DNA of 64,000 nt from Marsupella aquatica (lineage: Eukaryota; Plantae; Marchantiophyta). The notes beneath the pieces were generated by a model. That model was not told where the DNA came from and ran no database searches. It worked only from the letters and a program-made list of their open reading frames with translations. A program made the position numbers and the translations under genes. This document shows, one piece after another, positions 12,799 through 23,400 of the stretch. Each line of letters opens with the position of its first letter. Position 1 is the first letter of the stretch. The DNA lies in assembly GCA_973895155.1 (NCBI GenBank), contig OZ316896.1, positions 21,334,152 through 21,398,151 of the forward strand, written 5' to 3'.

Positions 12799-14025
12799 TC
12801 ACCCAACAAGCACGCGTTCCCCTGCCCATCCGTTATCGTTAAAACTAAAGACGCTAAACCAACAGTTCTCCTTGGTCTCGAGATCTTGGTACTGAGTGTC
12901 CACATGCACAAACTGTACTCTCTCGTCTCCCACCATGTCCACATTCAACAGGGTGGGATCCTTGGAGCGGCACTGAATGATCCCAAACAGCGCGGCGCGC
13001 TTCATCTCCACAAACACGAGGTCGCCCGGGATGTGCCCCTGGATCCCAAGCAAGCCCCAACAGTTGCTAGATTTGACATCACAGCATCTATCGTCCTCCA
13101 CGACTTTCAAATCATCGTTGCAGCCTACAAGCCAAGAGTCTTCCAAAATTCCAGAGAACACCTGATAGTTTGAAATGGATCTGCCTAAGGCTTCCAGGTC
13201 GTAGCCGTGTACTTGATAATTCAAGAAATATTCCCTCCAATGCTCGGAATACACGTACATGGCGATCGACTTTTCTGACCAGTTGACCACGGCGATTGTT
13301 CCACGCGCAACATTCTGATAGTTATTCTGAAAGTGGGACCAGTGAGCCCGCGCCATACTGTCGTTGTAACCCGGCATGCGGCCTGTGCGCATTCCAATGT
13401 TGCTGTCTGGCAAGGTATCCCGCGCCTGCTGCTCTCTCGACAAGACGATATATCCCTGCGAAGGGCGGCCAGGGTCACGATGGCTGTATTGAGTGTCATG
13501 GACTGGAGCACTGTTCGACCTCAGAGAGTGATTCTCAGCGTGACCAGGGACTTCGGGAGCTGTGTTAGTTCTCCCGAGCAAACGCTTCACAAATTTGGTA
13601 GAAATAGGAAAATAACGCTCGTTGATTGAAGGGCTCGTCGATGGTGGTGGTGGTGGTGGTGGTGATGGATGCTGATACTGGTGCGGTGGAGGAGCATTGG
13701 CTGGAATCGAAGGGCTATTCGATGGTGGTGGTGGTGGTAGCTGATACTGGTGCGGTGAAGGAGCATGGGCTGGAATCGAGAACTGATCCGCATAATACGG
13801 TTGTGGTGTTTGTACTATGTACATGTAACGTTGGTAAAGTGGGACTAGCTCCGGGTAAAGCGGATCCGTCAAGCTGTAGCCTTCGTGGGTAGCCGTGTAG
13901 TTGTCCACTCTGCCTGTGGTATTCGTACTGGGATGATTAGTTCGATACTGACCGTAAGCGGAACCGATGTTTGCCACCGCCGTCACTCCTGCGATGCAGA
14001 CCGTTGCTAGCGCAATCGACGCCAT
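12799..14025 (-). CDS. Uncharacterised intronless 408-aa protein: hydrophobic N-terminus, Pro-rich duplicated linker, about 170-aa globular C-terminal domain
   Basis: True ATG at 14025 and a 1227-nt uninterrupted ORF. The C-terminal part is non-repetitive and protein-like (GTIAVVNWSEKSIAMYVYSEHW...CWFSVFSFNDNGWAGERVLVG). No family recognised. Confidence 0.7.
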   Translation of the reverse strand: MASIALATVCIAGVTAVANIGSAYGQYRTNHPSTNTTGRVDNYTATHEGYSLTDPLYPELVPLYQRYMYIVQTPQPYYADQFSIPAHAPSPHQYQLPPPPPSNSPSIPANAPPPHQYQHPSPPPPPPPSTSPSINERYFPISTKFVKRLLGRTNTAPEVPGHAENHSLRSNSAPVHDTQYSHRDPGRPSQGYIVLSREQQARDTLPDSNIGMRTGRMPGYNDSMARAHWSHFQNNYQNVARGTIAVVNWSEKSIAMYVYSEHWREYFLNYQVHGYDLEALGRSISNYQVFSGILEDSWLVGCNDDLKVVEDDRCCDVKSSNCWGLLGIQGHIPGDLVFVEMKRAALFGIIQCRSKDPTLLNVDMVGDERVQFVHVDTQYQDLETKENCWFSVFSFNDNGWAGERVLVG

Positions 14026-14488
14026 CTTTGCTTTTGCACCTGCTCCTCAGATTTGCCCTTCGCCTGACCTCAAGTTCTTCAAAATGCTCCGGCCCCAATC
14101 GATGTCTAGGCGAATGTCGACCTACGAACAATTTCTGCTAAATTAAGTAGATGCCGGCCCGTCGACGAATTGAACCAGATAATTACACAAAACTCCTGCG
14201 AAACTAAACAGATTGCGCTGATGTACGACAGCCTACGAGCCCTTCCAATCTACGAGAAACAGTGGACGAACGTACAGGACCCAACGGGATTGCATTTCGA
14301 CACTTGGCGACGATCGATGCAGCAGAACGAGCTCAGACAATCGCGTTGATGGGGCAAAATACATTGTTGACCCAGACAAACTCAGTGTTGACCCAGACGG
14401 ATAGACAAGGGACGGCAGCCAAGAGGTCCTCAACACTCTCAACCCCAAAAGGCCAAAACCTTCCTACTGTAGTCACCTTGAACTATGG

Positions 14489-14597
14489 TAATGGCCACTA
14501 AAATATGTTCAAATTTATAATATTGTCATCGTTTTTATTTATATTGGCCACTAAAATATGTTCAAATTTATAATATTGTCATCGTTTTTATTTATAT
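14489..14597. repeat. 54-bp tandem duplication
   Basis: TGGCCACTAAAATATGTTCAAATTTATAATATTGTCATCGTTTTTATTTATAT occurs twice in tandem. Confidence 0.9.
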
Positions 14598-15433
14598 TTT
14601 ACGACCCGGTTATCCATTCAATAAATAGTAAATTGAAGCCAGGATGGAGCACCATGTTGGACACTGTGCTGAACTAACAATATGATAAAAAAAAACAGCC
14701 TCGGTCTAAAACCACCTAACCCAATAGCTCAAATAAATTAATGCACGCGTTCCCGGCCTTCACACAGAATAAAAACATTTTTTTATAAACCCCATAATAG
14801 TACATTGTTAGGAAAAACTGTAATGAAAAATACATGGATTGGATGATAGGATGTAAAAGGGGAATAAAATGTGTCTTTATCAAAAAAATTAAAGGATTAT
14901 AAAGAAGTTCGCAAAAGATTATCAGAATAATTACAGCCAATAGCTAAGAAAAATGAACTTGACAACCAATATACTAAAATTGTATGTACCTGTAAACAAG
15001 TACCAAACATTGCCACTTATTTTACTGATCCAAAACCAGGGTACTGGTACTTTCAACATTTCCAATAGTCAATCACAAGCCTGAATGCCCATTCTGTGAA
15101 TGTTAAATAATAGAGATAAATAAATAAATAAAACATTGTCAAAGAATCTATGTTGCTCCCTTCATCTTTGCCCCATCCTTGACTTTGGTCTGCGTTTTCA
15201 CTTTGAATTTTGTCATTATTAGTTTTGTCCCATACCTCGTTTTGATATGCCCTTCACCCCGGTTTGGCCATGACGGCATATTGGGGATCTTGACCCCATC
15301 ATCCCGCCACCAGGTCGCCCGGTCCCCCACCCACCCAGCTTGCCTGGACTCGACAATTTTTGACCGAGCCCAACCCCGCCCTCGGGGTCTCACTGTAAGG
15401 ATGCCCCCGAGGATGCCTCCCCATCCCTTGCAA

Positions 15434-15678
15434 TGTTTTTAGGCCTCGGATCCCCTAAAATGTAAGATTAAAAATAAATAAATCAACCCCTATAAAGTTA
15501 GAATATTTCAAAATTTTGGTTAGAAAGACCCTAATGTTCTTATAAGTCTCAAAATTAGATTTAAAAGACCTTATTGTTATTCTGCACAAATTCTTAAGCG
15601 TGCTCTTCAAACCAATAAAACGACCCTATCCTTTGTTGCAGATGATGTGTCATTTTTGTGGAAGTGAAACCCCCAAGA
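15434..15678 (-). repeat. Dispersed repeat (inverted copy of 8063-8316) embedded in a GC-rich CCCCG/CCCAC repeat tract (about 15240-15880)
   Basis: Direct sequence comparison. Confidence 0.8.
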
Positions 15679-16175
15679 CCCCGCGCCCGACCATTTTTTA
15701 TCCAGCCCGGCCCCAACCTTGCCTGGTCCCCACCCACCCGGTCCGCCCCCGACCTCACCCAGTCCCCCCACCCACCCTGCCGGCCCCAACCCCAAACTGG
15801 GGGACCAGCTAGCTAGACCGGGGGAGACTGTATGAGTCCGAGGGACTGGGAAAAACCAAACCATTCCCAAACCGGCAAAACCCAGTGAAAAACACAAAAT
15901 TTATAAGGTCTAGCTTCCATGTTCTCAGCTGGCCTTAGGGTAAGGCCATATTGGAAAACTGATACACACATGGAAAATTCTGTTGGAAATGGTGAGATTG
16001 GGAAGGAAAGTATGGCCATCAACACATGGTAAGAACTCCCCAACTCACCAATTTGGTCTGGATGTTCAATTGTTTGTGAACCAAATTCTTTTGATGCTAT
16101 TTTTTGGCACAATCTGATAGTAAGGATAGAAGATTGAGAGAGTTCAAGTTTTTGGTATCTAATATTTTCTGACAT

Positions 16176-16861
16176 TGCTATATTGCGAACACCTTCTACC
16201 TCATTTTGTCTTATTAGAAATATGAGTTCTGAATTTTCTTTTAAATCTGGCCTAGTGTATCATTTCACTTTGTATTGGTTTGAATTTAACAAATTATCTA
16301 ACCCCTTTATTATTTCAAGTTTATGATTTCATTTGATTTTATATGTTTTATTGTGATAGCTTATCATGTAAAGATGAGATTTTTTTTCTGCCATTCATCC
16401 TCTATTGCACGAGATGGTCAGACTCACCAGGATGCACCCAGTACAAAAACCAGAGATGCCCTGTAGGTTATATGTCCATTGGTGAAAAACTTTCCAACCC
16501 TTATGGTTTAGAGGCTAACAGTTGTCACCTAAATAGTGAATCTTTCAATAGGGCATTCAATAGGGCCTAAAAATAGAGTACAAAGCTAGAGTATAAAGCT
16601 AACATACTTTTCTGTCAACCACAAAATACTATACCTCTAAGGTACATTGACTTATAAGTTATGTATTTGTTTTTCACCTAAAAAGTAAGGTAATTTCTTC
16701 ACTTTAAAGGTGTGCATTTTTATTCTATTTATTTATTTGATTCCCTGTTTTAATGCATTTGAATACTATGCTATAATTGCTATTTGATATTTACATAGGA
16801 TACAATTGACATCATTGTCAATAAGTTAAAATAGATGTGTCTTAGAACGAACATGCTATAT
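16176..16861 (+). mobile_element. Non-autonomous element family A, divergent copy
   Basis: TGCTATAT at 16176-16183 followed by ..GAACACC..TTTTGTCTTATT, as in the other copies. Ends ..AACATGCTATAT at 16854-16861. Confidence 0.55.
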
Positions 16862-17249
16862 CGTAAATGTGGGAAGAAGGGCAAATAGTTCTCAAAATTG
16901 AAACAAACACAACAAAACCCTAGAAACAAAACTCTGCACATTGTCAACAAACCAAAATTACAATAAGATCCCAAAGGAGGAAAACTAAGGGAAAACCCAC
17001 AAGAAGCCCTAGCAGCTGCAACCTTGGGCATTTTGGCTGCTTGGAGTTCCTATGCAATGAGAGAGCATCAGAGCATAACCCTAAGAAAAACATTTCGAAG
17101 TATGCATACATTTTTACGTAAACCCTTCAGTGTTCAACAAGTTCCCAGCAACCTTTAGTATGCCATAAGAACCTACCCTTGTTGCAGAGACCCATGCCCC
17201 GTAATAATATGTACAGTAGATGTCAGACTGTCACTAACTGCACTTATGT

Positions 17250-17655
17250 ACACCTAGATACATAATACCTGTCAAAAGAAATTGAACGGAAGGACTCAAC
17301 TATATAATAACCTAAATACATGCTACATGTCCAAAGAAATCGAACTGAAGGAGTCAACTATATATTAATTAACCTACATATATAATACCTGTCCAAAGAA
17401 ATTGAACGGAAGGACTCAACTATATAACCTAAATACATAATACATGTCCAAAGAAATCGACCGGAAGGACTCAACTATATATTAACCTACATATATAATA
17501 CCTGTCCAAAGAAATTGAATTGAAGCACTCAATCATATAGCCTAAATACATAATACCTGTTCAAAGAAGTTGAACTGGTGGACTCAAGTACACCTTCAAC
17601 CTAAATACATAACACCTATCCAGGAAAAATTGAACTGAAGGACTGAACTATATAT
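17250..17655. repeat. Minisatellite, about 57-60-bp unit, about 7 copies
   Basis: The unit AACCTAAATACATAATACCTGTCCAAAGAAATTGAACGGAAGGACTCAACTATAT recurs with alternating variants. Confidence 0.9.
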
Positions 17656-18167
17656 CCCGCTGCCAAAAGCCAAAAGGTGCTTTACCAGGAGACATGCATG
17701 ATGGCACACGCAAGAGACCCAATAAATGTATATATCAAAGTGCAAACGAACAAAACATCCAACCAGGAGATAAGATCCCAGAGCAAGGGGGGCAACAAGG
17801 AAAAACCCCAGGAAGACCATGCAAAGAGCCAGAAAGTCAGAGGGATCTTTGCAAAAGTTTACCACTACAACCACAAGGAACAAAAACCTGAAAGCTCACC
17901 TATCAGCAGACTAAAGAGCCTAGTATCCCTTCTCTCCAGCATATTTTGTAAGTTTTTTTGTGCCCAGGTGGCAATTAAGGATAATTGTTAAATGTTGGTT
18001 AATGGGTTCTGTGACTAGGTGGAAAGTGGCTGATGGAAGACAATAAACCAAGCTTATTTTCTTTAAAAATGGCGAAGAAGTTTCACGGAGGTGGAATCTA
18101 GCCAATTATTTCCAGTAATGCTATTTCTCTCTACTTGGCCCTATCTCCTTGCTTGCAGTCAAATGAA

Positions 18168-18319
18168 AAAATATTGACAATTTGAACATTTCCACGTCGG
18201 TTAGCATAATGAATATCTGGCTAGGTCAAAATATTGACAATTTGAACATTTCCACGTCGGTTAGCATAATGAATATCTGGCTAGGTCAAAATATTGACAA
18301 TTTGAACATTTCCACGTCA
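18168..18319. repeat. Perfect 60-bp tandem repeat, about 2.5 copies
   Basis: Lines 18181 and 18241 are identical. Confidence 0.95.
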
Positions 18320-19403
18320 AAATGAATACTTCGCGCTAAAATTATGAGTCAATTTACGCACAAGACTATAGTATTACAAGGTTTTCTCAAGGCAACGGAT
18401 ACATGGATCAATAGGATTAGCGCAAGCTGGGCCAATGATATTGCACCACTTGTCATCTGCATGTGTTCTTAAAAAATACAGCTAATACCTTCTACAAATA
18501 ACATCATGGGAGGATTGCAAGATATATTTTCTAAAGAATCCAAAACAGAGTTTCTTGTGCAAAATTCTACCATGATATTTCAGTTTACTGCAATGCTCCC
18601 ACCCTGGTCTTACCGATCCTGGATTAATATTATAATACTCAATTACAACGTATTTAAGACATATTACCAAACTTGCTTCACAATCCCTTCCCACTCTGAC
18701 TCACCATTTCAAATGATTATTACTAAACTCGCATTACCAATCCCACTTCACCATAATACTAACAAAGCCCAAATCTTCACCTGTCAGCTGAAATTTTTGC
18801 TTGACTGCCCACATCTATTGGCCACCGACCAAGGCAAATGAAAGCCATAATCTGTCATTGTTCTATCTTCAGATGACCATGATCTTTTACAGAGGAAAGT
18901 GCTATCTGAGTACCAAAGAAGTTTTGGGAGTCCATCTGGGTTGATTTGGTCCATGGGGCAATTTAGTCAATTGTTCAGGTCCATGTGAACTTTAGTTTCT
19001 TGTATGAATGGTTCCACATTATTGGGTGACAAAAAGTTTTGTTTGCTCCTTCCAAATCCCAAGCTCAACCCAGGTTATCGCTCTCTAAAACCTTTCACAC
19101 AATTAAGATAAGAGTGTAGTCTCGCTTGTGTCCAATAGTCTGAACCCATTCCTTGAACATAATAGAGATGAGACAAAAAAATGAGTCTTACAATTAAACA
19201 AAAATTCCTTAATTTTTCCTCATGTTTTTGCCCCATCCTTGTTTTCTGTATGCACTTTCAATTATCCCCTTAGAGTTAGTGTCTAGAGTGAAAGTAGCCC
19301 CAAAAAATTATGTTGTTTTCTGTATCCTAGGTTTCAATTATTCCTTAAAGTCACTGTCTAGAAACTTCACTCTAGACAATAGCCTGTGAACACTGGGTTG
19401 TTT

Positions 19404-19515
19404 TCCGAATGCTCTTTAGATTATCCCTTTAGAAATGTTCCGAATGCTTGCTCTTTAGATTATCCCTTTAGATAATGTTCCGAATGCTCTTTAGATTATC
19501 CCTTTAGATAATGTT
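19404..19515. repeat. About 35-bp tandem repeat x3
   Basis: TTCCGAATGCTCTTTAGATTATCCCTTTAGA(T)AATG is repeated. Confidence 0.85.
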
Positions 19516-19521
19516 TGAAGC

Positions 19522-20444
19522 TGCTATATGGTGAATCAAACTCTCATGTTTTGTCTTATTCATATTTGTGTATCATGAATTTTTATTTGAATGTACCTTT
19601 GGGCATCCTTTGTATCACATAGATTTTTAATTCATTTTTGGACCCCTTTAAATTTTTGGTATTCTATAGTGTTTTGAATTTATTTTGGCAGCCCCCTTAA
19701 TTTGTATAATTTGAATGTACCTTTGGGCATCCTTTGTATCACATAGATTTTTAATTCATTTTTGGACCCCTTTAAATTTTTGGTATTCTATAGTGTTTTG
19801 AATTTATTTTGGCAGCCCCCTTAATTTGTATAATTTGAATGTACCTTTGGGCATCCTTTGTATCACATAGATTTTCAATTCATTTTTGGACCCCTTTAAA
19901 TTTTTGGTATTCTATAGTGTTTTGAATTTATTTTGGCAGCCCCCTTAATTTGTATAATTTGTTAAGTCCCAGAGAAAAACTAAGGGCTTCATTTTCTACC
20001 ACTCTTAAGTATACTCATGAGTGAGAGGAATGATTCTAAGAAATGTCAGCACATCTTGTCTTAAGGTCCCCTTGTGACTTTTTTTCCTAAGTTTATGGTT
20101 TTTATTGAATAAGAGTCATTAATAAAACACACTGACATACGTGCGTGCACAACTCGTAGGATCTTTGTGTAATAAAATTGTACTTTCCATTGGTCACTAT
20201 GTGCTTTTATTGCATGTGCTTTATTTATATTATTTGATTTCATTGTGCACAACTCGTAGCAACTTTGGGGTAATAAAATTGTACTTTCCATTGGTCATTA
20301 TGTGCTTTTATTGCATGTACTTTATTTATATTATTTGATTTCATTCACATTTAATATGTATTCTAGTCTTACTCTTTAATTTTGTTCACTTAATATCACT
20401 ACAAGACAAAAAGTAAAGCATGTTCCAAGATGAGCATGCTATAT
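19522..20444 (+). mobile_element. Non-autonomous element family A, copy 3, with internal ~124-bp triplication (about 19586-19960) and ~100-bp duplication (about 20145-20345)
   Basis: TGCTATAT at 19522-19529 and 20437-20444. 3' stem-loop AGCATGTTC-caagat-GAGCATGCT. Homologous to 4041-4691. Confidence 0.78.
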
Positions 20445-23400
20445 CCCTTTATGGTCACTCTTTAGTGTCTCCACTCTAGACTGTAACCCTTGTTTTCCGT
20501 ATGCTCTTTCAATTATATATCTCTTTAGAGTGACTCTCTAGAGTCTTCACTCTAGACTGGAGCCTTTGTTTTCTGTGTGCTCTTTCAATTATCCCTTTAG
20601 AGTCTCTCTAGGGGCTTCACTCTAGACAACAGCCCACGGAGAGTAGCTTTTGATCACTGTTTATTAATAAGATGTTCACAATTCTGAGGTGGTTTTCTGA
20701 TTATTTGGCTTGAAGTGTAGCTATTTGATGCGGCTCCATCCTCTCCAAATTTTATCTTAAGAACCTTAACAAGCTTCTATCTTCATGTTTTCCACGAATG
20801 AATGACGGTTCTTTTGTACATGTGATTGAGAATATTTGCAACGAAGCCATGGAAATTTGAGTGACGACAGAACGAAAGCCTCTTGTACAGGCATCTGAAT
20901 GTAGCCTCGTTCTCACAGAAATGCACCTCCTGACCCCGCTTCTGACTTTACACAGGATATTCACAGTCAAGCTAGACAATCCTAGTCGGAGCACGACCTC
21001 AATGTAGACGTTCAATGTGTAGACTGAGAACACCTAATAAATCTGAGATCATACTAGCTTTGACATGAAATCAACGAGAGCTACTGGCTCCTAATTCAAA
21101 TGGAATGGAATTGCTTGCATATCACAGGCTGACACTGAAACCAAGTAGTGGCTCGTTCAGGGACAGTCCCTACAGCCAACTTGGTTACTAAAATTATCTC
21201 AAAACATGAATTGAATGCTTGTTTCAAGAACGCTCCTAAGGTTCTAACTTAAGCTCTGTGGTATTTTTGCAAGGTGGCAGGAAAGCATTGACAGCCACGA
21301 CGACGGGGAGCCACTCCAAATTGATGGGGCTTGTATGCAAGAGTTCGGGTGGGAACAATCATATCTTTGTGTCACTTGCATAAAGATTGCTGTTGAGGAC
21401 CAAAAGAAGCTTATGCATTCACCAGGGTCAAAGGACAAACTCAATGTGCTGGAAGCAAATCCACATATTTGTGAATGGAAATCAGTGACACTTGGGTTTT
21501 GTGCTTCCAATGTCTGTGCTGCCCAAATCATATTCTTTCGCGAGGACGAAACTTATAATACCTTGCGGAATGATAGCCTGGGAAGTCATTTCAGACAACG
21601 ACCCAGAAGAGAAGCCGTAACAATGCTATAACTTTAATTATGACAGTCTACCGTTAGCATATCTTGATAGCCTATCTCTTGCGAAAAGAGAAGTTGAATC
21701 TCCATGGTAAAAAAAAGCTCAGGCGAATTGAGTGGTTTTCTATCTTCATAGATATATTGGGTCCCGACTTTGAAGATCCAGAGAGAATAATATTTCATTT
21801 CAATTTCAGCTTTCGGTGCGAGTATTTTCTGTATAAAGTATTCAAAAACTACCATAAGAGAAGATTGCTGAATCCTTAGGGTGGGCGGTGAGGAACACGG
21901 ACATGAGTGAGCGCTCCTAAATGAAACAAACTTGTAAAGTATATTGCGCTAAGGAACAATGCACCGATGAAAGTATTGTAGAGTGCCGAGATCTCCCAAA
22001 TTCGTTCTCCGAAGTATTTTTAAGTTCATGGAACACCTTCGATCAGAATGTGTGACGCTCAGTCGACTACAGAGAGACAAGATTCAAAACATTGTGCAAC
22101 TTAGGATGCAATGATTCGACTATCGACATCACAGGAGAGCGGAACCCAACAACAGTAGAATACAAGGACGATGTGGATGAAACAGCGTACTCAATTCAGA
22201 AAGAGAATTTCTCAGCACCAACCAGTTGCTCTCACGCATTGTACACCGCATGGCCCAAGTTCTGCCTTTGATCTTCCTTTCTCAACGAGTATTCGAGCTT
22301 CTGGGATGGATGATGCTGAAATTCCCGCTGAAACTGCGTGACGTCCAGCGTACTGTAGAAGTGTCCAACTACAGCACTTGGTAACACTAATTTAATCTTC
22401 CGCCACCTAGAGTCGTCGGAAGCACACCGACTCTCCTTTCGTGAGGTCTAGACCGTCCACTTGCTGGATCCAACCTCCCTTCCACTAGAATTGTACATGC
22501 GAGACACATTTCACAGTTTTCAATCATTATAAATACTCATAAATGAATTGAAGATGTTTGTCTGTTGAACCGACCATTTCATTAAATTGGAGGGCAGCTG
22601 CCCCTCGTGTTTTTTTCCTTTTCAGTAAGTTGTTGATTTTCACCTAGCAGCAGATATTTCTTGCGTTTTTGTTAGCGTTGTTCGGTATTTCCTCTTTCGT
22701 GCTTTTGTATCATCCTTAAAGGGTCGGTATCTCTCTCATAATGTCAACCAGCAAGGAATCCAAACCCAATCTCGGCGATAGGGTAGGCCTGCGTACACAA
22801 TTATGCTCATGGACGAGCATAGATTCTTCCCTAGGGACCACTGTAGAAGAGGAGTTTAGACAATCCTGCACATGGAACTGCAACGGAGTCTTGCCAGGTA
22901 CGGCACCTACTGTAGAGTGGCGTCAGTTTTCAGCACCAATGTCAGCAGATTCCTGCGTGGGCATGTACAGTTTTTGTCAACGACGACAGCGTTTGTGACT
23001 GACTCGCAAAACACAGGAGGTTGACGACAAAGACAACCACAGCAGCAGAGGCCAGGCTTCCGATTGACAAATTTAAGTTGACAAAAATATCGAACGACCT
23101 TAACATCATACCGTCAAGTTTATTTTGAAGGTTTTAAGTGTTGACCACTTTGAGCCAGCTGTTGATCGATCAAGCATGACTTTCAGACTGTGTTACTTAA
23201 ATCGACGACAGAATGTTTTGAACCGCCAAATCTAAGATCTAGCTAGACAACTTCAACCTGAGTTGTCTCCAAGGAAACATTGGTTCTTCTCGGGGCATTA
23301 TTTTCTATCCTGTTTTTCTTTACAGGCTACATTCTCAGTGAGTTCTTGCCGCCTAATTTTCAAAGTGTTGCTGCATCAACAGTGACGACATCGTCTTGCA

